Below, in pieces: positions 39,235 through 48,297 of a stretch of DNA of 64,000 nt. Within the stretch, counting starts at the first letter, position 1; the number at the start of each line of letters is the position of its first letter. Origin of the DNA: a virus (lineage: Duplodnaviria > Caudoviricetes). A model generated the notes under the pieces. That model was not told the DNA's origin, did not search any database, and saw only the letters and a program-made list of their open reading frames with translations. The position numbers and the translations under genes were made by a program. Where the stretch lies: IMG/VR virus record IMGVR_UViG_3300005077_000014, positions 21,375 to 85,374 of that record; one strand, written 5' to 3'.

Positions 39235-39236
39235 GG

Positions 39237-39632
39237 TTAATCCTCTTCCTGTAAGTTTTCTAAAAGAGTCTTGGCTTTGTAGACAAGTGGCGGCGAGACC
39301 ACAACACCATAGAGTATTTCAGGCTCGATAGCGTCTTGAAGGGTAATGACTCCGTGTGTGACGGCAGCCCGAGAGTCTATTGCCTGTATTACAAGTTCCC
39401 TGACAGTCCAGTCTAGTATGTCTTTTTCGAGCTTTGACGTGTCGTTGATTTTGATGCCAAGCTTTGTGATTTTGACGCCACTATCCATCAGGTCTGTAAG
39501 CTGTTTTTTGTTTTTGATGTCGAACACCCTGGTTCGCATCTTCTTTTTGATTTCTTCAGCCTCCAGAGAAGCGTTTGCCATGTAGGTTGCCAGCATCATG
39601 CCAGCAATGAAGGCGAGAATTGAGGATATCAT
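39237..39632 (-). CDS. hypothetical protein with N-terminal hydrophobic helix
   Basis: MISSILAFIAGMMLATYMA. Confidence 0.5.
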   Translation of the reverse strand: MISSILAFIAGMMLATYMANASLEAEEIKKKMRTRVFDIKNKKQLTDLMDSGVKITKLGIKINDTSKLEKDILDWTVRELVIQAIDSRAAVTHGVITLQDAIEPEILYGVVVSPPLVYKAKTLLENLQEED

Positions 39633-39937
39633 GGGTGTTCTTCCCCCTCGAACTCTTTGAACAGTTTCTTTATTGCCGTGTATAGGGCCCGGCGCTGAGG
39701 TGGTAAGAGTTGACTGTAATATGTTGTTACAATCTCCCCTTTTTCTGATGCGATAAGGAAATCCAGCCTGATTCCTTTCATCTCCCTCTCTTCCTTCAGC
39801 GGCTCCAGTTCGTAGTCTTTGTCATCAAAAAACCTTTCCATGCAAACCATCGCCCCTTTGGAAAGCCAGTTAACCATTCCTACTTCTCTCCACCTTCTCC
39901 CTTTATCGATCTCGTCGAGGATGTCTTTTAGTTTCAT
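39629..39937 (-). CDS. hypothetical protein
   Basis: 102 aa, 4-nt overlap. Confidence 0.5.
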   Translation of the reverse strand: MKLKDILDEIDKGRRWREVGMVNWLSKGAMVCMERFFDDKDYELEPLKEEREMKGIRLDFLIASEKGEIVTTYYSQLLPPQRRALYTAIKKLFKEFEGEEHP

Positions 39938-39940
39938 CTT

Positions 39941-40396
39941 TCACGCTCCTATACTCGTCCAGTGTTTTGGGATGGGCGGATTTTCTTCTTTACTTATAAT
40001 CTCTTGGGCGTGGTGCCTCATCGTGTTTTGCGCGCCGGTCCATCCGAATGATTCATAAAGGTCTAGCATCTCTCCCACGGTCACATCTCTCGGGGAGCGG
40101 GGTTGTTTGGTTTCACTTTTCGGCCACAAGACAGCGCTGGTTACCTCGGATACAAACTCAGCATCGTTGCACCTGTCCCATCCTTTGCCGCCGTCGCGAG
40201 ATATCCAAACTTCTTTTGGCCCAGCAATTTTGATTTTGGCTGGTGCGTGTTTCTCCTTCATCTCTTCCAGGGCGCGGATGGCGAGGGCATATTGCTTTCT
40301 GAGAGGCCGATATCCTTCAGTTGCTTCTGCATACTGGAAGTGGTTTATTGCTTCATTAATTTCTGTCGTTGTCGGTTCGGTCATAGGTCTCTCCAT
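39941..40396 (-). CDS. hypothetical protein
   Basis: 151 aa. Confidence 0.5.
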   Translation of the reverse strand: MERPMTEPTTTEINEAINHFQYAEATEGYRPLRKQYALAIRALEEMKEKHAPAKIKIAGPKEVWISRDGGKGWDRCNDAEFVSEVTSAVLWPKSETKQPRSPRDVTVGEMLDLYESFGWTGAQNTMRHHAQEIISKEENPPIPKHWTSIGA

Positions 40397-40630
40397 TGCT
40401 CAGTGGTTTTACTTGTCTTTCCATTCACATTCATAACAAGGCCCGGATTTCACGTTTTTAAAAAGATTTGCTCTCAGGCTGGCGCATGTGATACCTGTGA
40501 TCGGTTTCAATACACTTGGCAGCGAACATTTTCTAAGATCTTGTCGTTTGTTGAAAAACTCTGAAACCATCTTTTGTGTTTCCGTTTCTTTAGGTTCTTG
40601 TGATTCCTCCAGAATCGCAATTCTTTCTTG

Positions 40631-40963
40631 TCAGTCGAGCTGTTTGGGTTTGCTGGAAGGTTTTTCCTTGTCTTCCCTCCAAATTTTCTTGTACCGTTTC
40701 ACTGAAGAGAGGTTCAAGGTTCGTTTGAACTTTTCGATGAATAACCGTAATGTCGTCCGGTTATCAACGTCGTCCTGAAAACATTTTATGAGAAAACTCA
40801 CTTGATTATCAGTGAGCGGTATTGATTTGTTGGGGATCTTTGGCATGTTTAACATACCGGCAGCGGCACGCATAAATACGTCAACAGCGCTTTGATCTTT
40901 GCTGACTGCCGCCACTTTGCCCATCGAAAGGATTAGTTCGTAGCGCTGTTCTTCGGTGAGCAT
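40631..40963 (-). CDS. hypothetical protein
   Basis: 110 aa. Confidence 0.5.
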   Translation of the reverse strand: MLTEEQRYELILSMGKVAAVSKDQSAVDVFMRAAAGMLNMPKIPNKSIPLTDNQVSFLIKCFQDDVDNRTTLRLFIEKFKRTLNLSSVKRYKKIWREDKEKPSSKPKQLD

Positions 40964-40968
40964 CTGAT

Positions 40969-41235
40969 TTATGCCTTTTCTCTTGCAGCCATCATGTCGA
41001 ACAACATGGCGGCTGGGTCTTGGTTTAGACTGAGCTTAACAATGGTGAAATGGAGCCCAGCTATTAATCCGAACAGGAATACGATTTTTTCGTCCGTGGT
41101 TTTGTATTGTTGAAGCTGTTCAAAGAAGTTTCTAAGTTGTTTGTCGATATCTTGCATTGCTTTCGACTTGCTAATGGCTTCTTTGAGTTGTTCGTCTGGG
41201 TTAATGGGGGTGACTGTTTCTTTTTGTTCGGTCAT
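40969..41235 (-). CDS. hypothetical helical protein
   Basis: 88 aa, AAAGGA RBS. Confidence 0.5.
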   Translation of the reverse strand: MTEQKETVTPINPDEQLKEAISKSKAMQDIDKQLRNFFEQLQQYKTTDEKIVFLFGLIAGLHFTIVKLSLNQDPAAMLFDMMAAREKA

Positions 41236-41371
41236 CTTTTAGCGTCCTTTTCCACTTTCATGAGCCATTCGTCCAGTTCGCGACACCTATCAATAGCGTT
41301 TTGCCTGTTTTTGGTCATTGGTGGATTGAGCTTCAACAGCTGGTCGCATATTGCATCGACAAGCCAGCGGA

Positions 41372-41683
41372 TTATGGGCGTGGTGTCTCACTTTCTTTTG
41401 GCAAACTAATCACCATCCATTCGTCATTAGCGAATTCACTGCCACTGACATCTATGAACGGAACTGTTTTTTGTTCGTGAGAGTCGATTGTTATCCAATT
41501 GCCATTGGTTGTGTTGTGGATTATGAACTTGATTACCTTGCCGTGGAAAATGTGAAACGCAGTGAATACTTCACAAGTAATCCAGTCGGCATGAGTAAAA
41601 ACTAGGCCGTGCGAGTTTCTGGTTTTCGATATGGCGTCTTCGATGAGCATTATTTGTTTCTCCACGCCAGCACACCAAGCCAC
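41372..41683 (-). CDS. hypothetical protein
   Basis: 103 aa. Confidence 0.4.
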   Translation of the reverse strand: MAWCAGVEKQIMLIEDAISKTRNSHGLVFTHADWITCEVFTAFHIFHGKVIKFIIHNTTNGNWITIDSHEQKTVPFIDVSGSEFANDEWMVISLPKESETPRP

Positions 41684-42016
41684 AGGAAGACTATTGCCAC
41701 GAAAACAATGCCGACAATATCCATTAGGTTAACAAAGACGGTCATTTTTGCGCTTCCTTTCTGTGAATCCAGTTATAGGCAACGGTGCGGATTGCTTGTT
41801 GGTCGGATATCATTAACCCTTTCCAATATGGGTCCTCTTTTCTGTCGGTTTTTAGGGCGAGTTTTGCCTTTTTGTATTGGAATATTAGCGAGCGGAGCGC
41901 TTTAATGATTGCTGCGTGTTCTGGGGTGCGCTTCATTTTGCCCCCCAAAACAGCCACTTGATAAACAGGCACTTGACGACAGTGCTGGCGATTAGAAGAT
42001 AAATTATTGTCACGGG

Positions 42017-42274
42017 TCAAAAATCCTTTCCAGTTTCAAGGAACGTAAGCACTTTGCCATAAACAGATGTTCCTGTTGTGTCTTTCACAAGGAACTGTTT
42101 TTCTTTCAGGGTTGCAATAAGCTGGTCGATACGTTCCAACGCTCTTATGGCGTGAGTGATAGCCTCGCGGTCTTCGTCATCAACCCAGAGGTCTGGAGAA
42201 TTGTGGCTGTCATCATGTAAGAGCCGCAAGGTCGTTATTGCTTTTTTATTTGTCATGGTTTCACCTTTTCTCAC
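42017..42274 (-). CDS. hypothetical protein
   Basis: 85 aa. Confidence 0.45.
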   Translation of the reverse strand: MRKGETMTNKKAITTLRLLHDDSHNSPDLWVDDEDREAITHAIRALERIDQLIATLKEKQFLVKDTTGTSVYGKVLTFLETGKDF

Positions 42275-42679
42275 CTACTGCCAGCACACACCGCCAGCAC
42301 AGTTCATTCGTTTCATTCTGTTTTTTTCTGACTTTTCCAGCTTGGTTATGCGTTCATTGAGCTTGTTGATTGCAGTGCCGATTTCGTCTATGGACTTGTT
42401 AACTTTGTTGGCGTGTTCGATTGTGCGGGTAAGCTCTGCTTGGGTGCTCGCGGACTCTGTGGACAGCCTCGCTATGGCTGAGTGGTGGTCCATTGAGAGC
42501 GCAGCCACCTCTTTTTGAAGTGAGCGTATTGTGGGGGATAGGATGTGAGCGCTTGTTTTGGGCTCGTTTTGCGTGCCGTTCACAAGAAGCGGTATTGTGA
42601 ATATCAGGATAAACATGCAAACAGCCACAGATAAAGCGCCAATCCAAAACCAAACAATAGAGTCTTGTAATTTTTCCAT
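42275..42679 (-). CDS. membrane-anchored coiled-coil protein
   Basis: TM helix then heptad pattern; start re-called to ATG 42679 (AAGGAG RBS). Confidence 0.5.
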   Translation of the reverse strand: MEKLQDSIVWFWIGALSVAVCMFILIFTIPLLVNGTQNEPKTSAHILSPTIRSLQKEVAALSMDHHSAIARLSTESASTQAELTRTIEHANKVNKSIDEIGTAINKLNERITKLEKSEKNRMKRMNCAGGVCWQ

Positions 42680-42827
42680 AATGACTCCTTTTAAATTTGG
42701 GGCCGCACGATGCGCCACTTGCCCTCACACTCACAGGATTATGGTTTGCCTCCGGCCCCTTAAGGCAGTTCCTCAACGAAAAAGAAACTGTTAGTAATCG
42801 CAACAGACAAGGTTGTTTTCCCGACTG

Positions 42828-43223
42828 CTATAGCGCAGCAGGGTTATTGGGCATCAATATGTCGAGTGTGGGACACGACGATGCCGCAATGGGGGTAAGT
42901 GTTGGCGTATTGGTTATGTGTCGAGCCCTTTTCTTGTGGCTTGCCACTCTTTGTCGAATTGTTGCACGAGATACGGGAACATTTTTCCAAGGGCCAAACA
43001 CTCGGGAAGCGCTGTGTCCTCGTGGTGAGCCGTTGTATCCGGTTGAGACTATCCGGTCATCGAGCACAATTACTGAGCCATAGTGCGACCGGAGACACGT
43101 TGAACGAAGCGAAACGACTGACGCTATGTGGAGATAGTATTCAAGTTTTGAGACACGGCGGTTTATGTGACTCACTTGACTCATGTGATTCATGTGATTC
43201 ATGTGGCTCATGTTTGATTCCAA
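42828..43223 (-). pseudogene. truncated dCMP deaminase-like gene
   Basis: LRSTCLRSHYGSVIVLDDRIVSTGYNGSPRG is a dCMP deaminase N-terminus; I found no HAE or PCxxC in any of the three - frames downstream. Confidence 0.6.
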
Positions 43224-43227
43224 TGGG

Positions 43228-43261
43228 AAAAAATGGGCCGCCGTTCCATCCTCGACGGCCC
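43228..43261 (-). terminator. intrinsic terminator
   Basis: GGGCCGTCG-loop-CGGCGGCCC-ATTTTTT on - strand. Confidence 0.7.
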
Positions 43262-43500
43262 GAACAGAATAGAATCCACTAATTTCTGCGTTTACGGTTT
43301 AAGCACACAGCGAACCCCCGCAGTGTGCCGCTCTCACGATTAAGTGTCAAAGAAAGGGGTGACACTCCCCTGTTTATATGCGTCACACTCCGGAGAGTGG
43401 AGAGGCCAAAAGTGTTAAATGGGGGCCTGAGTCATCTTGACCTTTTTTGATATCTCACCATTTGTCGCGGCCCCATGACGACAAAAACGAATCAATGTTG

Positions 43501-44019
43501 TTATCCGTGAGTCTGTAGGCTTATGGCGATTCCATCCAGGTACGCAAAGTCCTGGGTTAACAAGACGACGCTGCCCATTGAGTGTATGATTGAGCCGTTG
43601 GCGGCCTTTTCTTTGCATGTTTGACAGACACGGACTTTCTTTTTGTCTGGGCTCCAGAATTGATGTTTTGGGTATCCATGCCCCAAACAAAGGGTGAATC
43701 CTGGCTCTGGTGGCTCAAGGCCCAATGCTTTATATTCTGAGTCGGGCATGACATAGACATGTAAGTCGATTTCGTATTGGTTCGCGATGTGCTTACATTC
43801 TTTTGAACAGACACGGGTGTTGGGGGCTGCGTTTTTAGGCAAAGGGCCACGACAAACAGCGCAAAGGCCAGACTTGCTTGCGACTGAAACTTTGTCTTGT
43901 TGTCTACTTTGAAGCCTTTGCCTGTGAACACGCTTACACGCCAGTGACAGACAAGTTTGCTGGTTAGCGCTTCTTGCCTGGACGACCTTACCGCAAACTG
44001 TGCATTGAATTTGAACCAT
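43501..44019 (-). CDS. multi-zinc-finger hypothetical protein
   Basis: CTVCG...CLSLAC; CAVC...CSKEC; CQTC. Confidence 0.55.
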   Translation of the reverse strand: MVQIQCTVCGKVVQARSANQQTCLSLACKRVHRQRLQSRQQDKVSVASKSGLCAVCRGPLPKNAAPNTRVCSKECKHIANQYEIDLHVYVMPDSEYKALGLEPPEPGFTLCLGHGYPKHQFWSPDKKKVRVCQTCKEKAANGSIIHSMGSVVLLTQDFAYLDGIAISLQTHG

Positions 44020-44034
44020 GATGACAAACCAAAC

Positions 44035-44895
44035 CTAAGAGATAATGTGTTGAGTGTCTTTTTGTTGTTGGGCGTCAAACTCCATTATTCTTCTTCCGAT
44101 GAACTCTGCGACCTGGGGGACAACGGCATTTCCATATCCTTTAAGTTGAGCCAACCTTCCGGGAATCCCATCAACCAACAATTGAATGCCGGGTTTAATG
44201 CGCCTGACTTTGCCGTCCGCTCCAACGAGCAAATCTGACTCGTCCCAATAACCTGGTCTTCTAGTTTCCGTAATCCTCCGCCTTTTGACGAACGGGTCAT
44301 TTTGCCCCCCCCTGTTGGAGTTTTGGGTGTCATCCATAGTGCCCTGGCAACCTCGACCTCTAAGTTTGGGTGTAGGTCTGTTGCTCTCTTTGGGCTCGGG
44401 TTTCCTGTCTGGTTGCTCCTTGGTGTGGGCCACAACAAACACCCTTGATCTTTGGTGTGGGGCATTGACGGCACAAGCCGGAATAACAAGCGACCTTGTG
44501 GTGTAACCGATGGCCTCCAGGTCAGATAACACTCGGTCGAGTGCCATTCTGATGATTCCAGGAACATTCTCACCAATGACCCAAGTGGGTCTGACGGCTT
44601 TAATAACGCGGAGCATTTCCGGCCAGAGATAACGGTCATCTTTTTTGCCTCTTCGCTTCCCAGCAACACTGAATGGCTGGCAGGGGAATCCTCCGCAAAT
44701 AACATCAACTGGTTCAAGGTTGTCTCCGCATTCTCGGATGTCTCGGTATTTTGGGACATCGGGCCAGTGTTTCGTAAGGACTTTTTGACAAAACTCATCG
44801 ATCTCCACCTGCCATTTGCATTGCATTCCAGATCGTTCAAAACCTAAATCTAATCCACCTATACCCACGAATAAACTGCCGAAGGTTAGTGTCAT
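44035..44895 (-). CDS. dcm: C5 cytosine DNA methyltransferase, alpha polypeptide
   Basis: Motif I SLFVGIGG, IV GGFPCQPFS, VI ENVPG, VIII QRSRVFVV, X YGNAVVP; motif IX absent in this frame. Confidence 0.9.
   Translation of the reverse strand: MTLTFGSLFVGIGGLDLGFERSGMQCKWQVEIDEFCQKVLTKHWPDVPKYRDIRECGDNLEPVDVICGGFPCQPFSVAGKRRGKKDDRYLWPEMLRVIKAVRPTWVIGENVPGIIRMALDRVLSDLEAIGYTTRSLVIPACAVNAPHQRSRVFVVAHTKEQPDRKPEPKESNRPTPKLRGRGCQGTMDDTQNSNRGGQNDPFVKRRRITETRRPGYWDESDLLVGADGKVRRIKPGIQLLVDGIPGRLAQLKGYGNAVVPQVAEFIGRRIMEFDAQQQKDTQHIIS
44085..44840 (-). CDS. nested alternative-frame ORF carrying C5-MTase motif IX (beta polypeptide)
   Basis: 251-aa open frame inside dcm; LWPTP/LWMTP repeats and C-terminal LNPAFNCWLMGFPEGW resembling motif IX. 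Confidence 0.7.
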   Translation of the reverse strand: MNDLECNANGRWRSMSFVKKSLRNTGPMSQNTETSENAETTLNQLMLFAEDSPASHSVLLGSEEAKKMTVISGRKCSALLKPSDPLGSLVRMFLESSEWHSTECYLTWRPSVTPQGRLLFRLVPSMPHTKDQGCLLWPTPRSNQTGNPSPKRATDLHPNLEVEVARALWMTPKTPTGGGKMTRSSKGGGLRKLEDQVIGTSQICSLERTAKSGALNPAFNCWLMGFPEGWLNLKDMEMPLSPRSQSSSEEE

Positions 44896-44898
44896 TTT

Positions 44899-45795
44899 TT
44901 AAAACGCCACGCTTGCGCCGGCCCATGGCCCGTAATTTATCACTTTCAAGTCTCCAAACTTTATCTGTTCCCAGAAGCCACCAAGGAATCCGGACAGGCC
45001 AAAGAGCAATCGGCACGAATATTTACCTTCAGCCAGCAAGTATTGTGGGGAGCCGACAAACAGGGCTTCAACTTTTGTGCGGCCTGATGTGTAATCGATG
45101 TTCCCTCCGAGGCCCCATAAGACCCTGCGAAATGTCTCGCTTTCTTTTATGACCTTGCCGTCTCTTTCGCTGGTTGCCGTAAGTGTATATGTTGGTATTT
45201 TCAGGACTGCGCACGGTTTCAATGAGTAATTAATGAGGCCAGTAAAGGTTAGTTTGTGGTTTGTGGCTTCGGTCCATTCGAGTGATACAGGTTTCGGTGT
45301 CCCTGTTGATGTTCCGTTGCTGCCCTGGCCATTCGTTGTGCTAGTGACGCCAAAGTCAACTTGATTGACCACGAAGCTTTTTGTCGGTGTGATTATGTCT
45401 GTCACTGTCAGCGTTGGCACAAGCGAATATCTCACCCTGAGCCAATCAAGCAAATTGGCGCTCACCCCTACTTCGGTTCGGGTCTGAGAAAAAGCGCCGT
45501 TCCACTGGTCATTGCGGAAACTGATTGTCTCTTTCCAAAGGATTGGTTGCGCATGGAAAGCGAAGTCAATTGATGGTGGATTTGATGGAAAGAAAGTTGA
45601 TGTTTGTGGAGAGCCAAACATGCCCGGCACACTTGATATGCTTGGCAACGGTACGCTTGGTCCAAAAAATGATTGTGTCTCACGCGTGGGCTGGCTCGAA
45701 GAGAACCATGAAGTCCACGAGCCGAATGTTTGCGCAGTCATTGCGATTAACAGGAGACTGAAGACTAAGACGCCAATTGTTGTTCGTTTTAACAT
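44899..45795 (-). CDS. secreted protein, probable outer-membrane beta-barrel
   Basis: AAGGAG RBS, signal peptide MLKRTTIGVLVFSLLLIAMTA, amphipathic strands, C-terminal GPWAGASVAF ending in Phe. Confidence 0.6.
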   Translation of the reverse strand: MLKRTTIGVLVFSLLLIAMTAQTFGSWTSWFSSSQPTRETQSFFGPSVPLPSISSVPGMFGSPQTSTFFPSNPPSIDFAFHAQPILWKETISFRNDQWNGAFSQTRTEVGVSANLLDWLRVRYSLVPTLTVTDIITPTKSFVVNQVDFGVTSTTNGQGSNGTSTGTPKPVSLEWTEATNHKLTFTGLINYSLKPCAVLKIPTYTLTATSERDGKVIKESETFRRVLWGLGGNIDYTSGRTKVEALFVGSPQYLLAEGKYSCRLLFGLSGFLGGFWEQIKFGDLKVINYGPWAGASVAF

Positions 45796-45850
45796 TTTCC
45801 GACTCCTTGTTGATAAACAGGGCAAGCCCTGTGAAATGCGATAGTGAAAA

Positions 45851-46039
45851 TTACAATCTTGGCAACGCAGATGCGATGCGGGTTGCAACGTCATTCTCTA
45901 GTGTCCCCCTGGGGTCGTCCGGATGATTAATGTCACAGATTCTCGGTCTCAATAAGATTCGGCGTAATGCTGCTGTTTCGTCGGCGTTCATTTTCAACGT
46001 CAACGTCACAACCGAATCGACGCTCTGCTTTACTTCCAT
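45851..46039 (-). CDS. small hypothetical protein
   Basis: 62 aa, GGAG RBS. Confidence 0.45.
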   Translation of the reverse strand: MEVKQSVDSVVTLTLKMNADETAALRRILLRPRICDINHPDDPRGTLENDVATRIASALPRL

Positions 46040-46162
46040 CTTGCGAACTCCACAGTTTCTTTAATCCAGGTGCCTATTGACGAGGCGTTTTCAACAATCG
46101 TCATTGCCGTGTAAATTCCCAAAACTATACCTGCGGTCCAGCCAAAGGCTGTTAAGAATCCA

Positions 46163-46438
46163 TCAATCATTGGGTTTGTCTCCCTTTTTGTATCGTGTCT
46201 CAACGACGTATCTCACTTCTTGTCTGACAAAATACTCGTGATTACATCGTCGGCAGCGAAAACGATAAAATGTTCCCACTAAATCAAGTTTTCTGGTGGC
46301 TCCACAGAAAGGGCAGTGGACAAGATGCGGTTTCTTCCCTGTTTTGTCGCATGAGATATGGTGAGTCATGTGTGCCCTTTCTGTGAAATGGCGTGGTGTG
46401 GCGTGAATCGATGTGCCACACATCAAAAATCGAGTCAC
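46163..46438 (-). CDS. small zinc-ribbon protein
   Basis: CPFCG...CRRC. Confidence 0.5.
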   Translation of the reverse strand: MTRFLMCGTSIHATPRHFTERAHMTHHISCDKTGKKPHLVHCPFCGATRKLDLVGTFYRFRCRRCNHEYFVRQEVRYVVETRYKKGDKPND

Positions 46439-46863
46439 ATGTTCAGCGTCTTTAGCTCGTGGTGCGTGAAGTCATGTGATGCTGGATTCACGATTGCCTT
46501 GGAATAGGCGGCGTCGTGTCCAGAGTCTACAAGGGTGTCAATGGCTTCGTCTCGTTTGACGGCAAAGAATGTGCGTCTGCCGTTTGAGTATCCATATTTG
46601 TTTGCGAGTCGAAGCGCCTTATATGCCCTGCCTTCAGCTATCACACGCCCTTTCTTTCTCGAAAACTGGTCACATTCAGCACAAATAGAGATGCCTTTGG
46701 CGAGAATCCGGACGGGCTTACATACTTCGTTGCGCTCAACGAGCAAACAGGTTGTCACGTGAGCATTGTCTTTGTGATACCCAAAGAAAAGCGGTGCGAT
46801 TGTGTGTGGTGAACCGGTGATGTTTGGGGCTGAAGCTGTTTGTGAGTTGGCGTCAATACTCAT
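46435..46863 (-). CDS. hypothetical protein
   Basis: 142 aa; AKGISIC...DQFSRKKGRVIAEGRA. Confidence 0.55.
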   Translation of the reverse strand: MSIDANSQTASAPNITGSPHTIAPLFFGYHKDNAHVTTCLLVERNEVCKPVRILAKGISICAECDQFSRKKGRVIAEGRAYKALRLANKYGYSNGRRTFFAVKRDEAIDTLVDSGHDAAYSKAIVNPASHDFTHHELKTLNM

Positions 46864-47549
46864 GAATGTGTTTCCTTTCTTTTTGTTTTACTTGCCCTTT
46901 TCTTTTTCATTATCCAGTAAAGGCTCTCGCGAGCTCTAAAATGCTCCTGGTGTTCGGGTGTAATTGTCTCGCCCAATCCATTATCTTGACTGTCAACATC
47001 TGCTCCATTGCCAACTTGAATCATTCGGTCAATCACGTTAAACCCGAGGCTTTCTCCGTGCCTGAAGATATCAACCGAAAACCAATGCTTCTTTCCACTG
47101 CACACTTGGTCCTGGCACTTGATAACCAGAAGCCCCTTTGCCTTGAGAATACGTGAACATTCTCGCATTCCGGACGTGTAAAGCGCCCTGCATTCAGCAA
47201 CAGACATTGGCGGGATTTGATACCGCTCATTTATGCCCTGGTTGCGAGGTGCCGTTGACAGGTTCCCCCATGGCGGGTCAAGGAATACGCAATCGAATTG
47301 ACTGTTGCGATATGGCAGACAAGTGAAGTCAGCTCGAACCATTGCCGGTTGCACCCTGTCGGATGTGACAACGTGATATGGGGCGTCAAGGAATAGATTG
47401 TCTTGCGTCTCTTGCCCCTCCATTTTTCTCCAAAACACGCCCAGCCCATACGTGACATCAGCAATCAGTCCACCTTTGGGCAAATGGACTTCCAATATCT
47501 TCGGGATAATGGATGCTGAATTGGCTATGTATGCGGAGAAGATGGGCAT
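46860..47549 (-). CDS. amino (N6A/N4C) DNA methyltransferase-like protein
   Basis: DVTYGLG SAM motif followed by FDCVFLDPPW catalytic motif. Confidence 0.75.
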   Translation of the reverse strand: MPIFSAYIANSASIIPKILEVHLPKGGLIADVTYGLGVFWRKMEGQETQDNLFLDAPYHVVTSDRVQPAMVRADFTCLPYRNSQFDCVFLDPPWGNLSTAPRNQGINERYQIPPMSVAECRALYTSGMRECSRILKAKGLLVIKCQDQVCSGKKHWFSVDIFRHGESLGFNVIDRMIQVGNGADVDSQDNGLGETITPEHQEHFRARESLYWIMKKKRASKTKRKETHS

Positions 47550-47562
47550 AGGGGTTACACGC

Positions 47563-47814
47563 TCACCAATCTTTCACGATTTCTTTGAGTCTCTTCCATG
47601 TCGGGGACTCTTTTAGGACACTCTTTAAGTGCTCAGGGAGTTCGTTGTATGAATCAATGAAGTTTTGCACAACCAAAGAAGCGTAGTGTTTTCTAAGCCT
47701 TGCGTTTTCTGCCCGGAGATTGTTGTTTTCTTCTTGCAGTCTGGCTATTTCAACACTTGCGCTCCAGTCATACATGCTCAATATCTCCCTTCCACTTCTC
47801 CAGCCATTCTTCAA
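47563..47814 (-). CDS. small coiled-coil hypothetical protein
   Basis: 83 aa. Confidence 0.4.
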   Translation of the reverse strand: MKNGWRSGREILSMYDWSASVEIARLQEENNNLRAENARLRKHYASLVVQNFIDSYNELPEHLKSVLKESPTWKRLKEIVKDW

Positions 47815-48166
47815 CCAGCCCCTTGAAGCTCACTCCACACTCGCAAACATCTGGCCCGTCAACAATCTCCAGGTCTGAGAAGTCTGGCTCGCTCCATGCG
47901 GCACTCACTCGATTTGTTACTCGACCATTGTCGAAATAGCCTTTACCGTCACAGCTAAGACAGCCAGCGCCATGACACCTTGCGCAACCGCACCAGCAAT
48001 TATGAGAAAGGGAAACTTCAAATTGATAGGTGGGGCTATGTGCTTTGCACCCCTCTTTTTCGTAGTTGTGATACACATACTTGCACAGCATTATTGTCGG
48101 TTTCATTGTGGCGTCCTCAAGACATACAGGAACAGATAGAAGCCGATTAGCAGTTGAGCGGACCAA
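47768..48166 (-). CDS. Cys-rich hypothetical protein
   Basis: CWCGCARCHGAGCLSCDGKG; probable start about 48106. Confidence 0.45.
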   Translation of the reverse strand: MVRSTANRLLSVPVCLEDATMKPTIMLCKYVYHNYEKEGCKAHSPTYQFEVSLSHNCWCGCARCHGAGCLSCDGKGYFDNGRVTNRVSAAWSEPDFSDLEIVDGPDVCECGVSFKGLVEEWLEKWKGDIEHV

Positions 48167-48297
48167 TAGAAGGTGCCGAAGTAACGCCCGAATGCGTCTT
48201 GAACGTCTCCACGTTTCAAGATTGCTATCCAGAAGAAAATGAGAATACTGGAGAGCAACAGAGACGTGAATGAAGCAATCACGGCAATCATTTTCAT
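48103..48297 (-). CDS. small two-TM membrane protein
   Basis: 64 aa, two hydrophobic segments. Confidence 0.5.
   Translation of the reverse strand: MKMIAVIASFTSLLLSSILIFFWIAILKRGDVQDAFGRYFGTFYWSAQLLIGFYLFLYVLRTPQ

Noticed and set aside
42720-42930. Possible tmRNA, RNase P RNA or group I intron after the deaminase fragment
   Set aside because: No tRNA-like ends, GAGGAAAGTCC or P7 core sequences, and no downstream deaminase exon found
46388-46405. Short GGC-GT-GGT-GT-GGC-GT run resembling a GGY/NN tract
   Set aside because: Only three units, on the non-coding strand of an ORF, no linker hairpin
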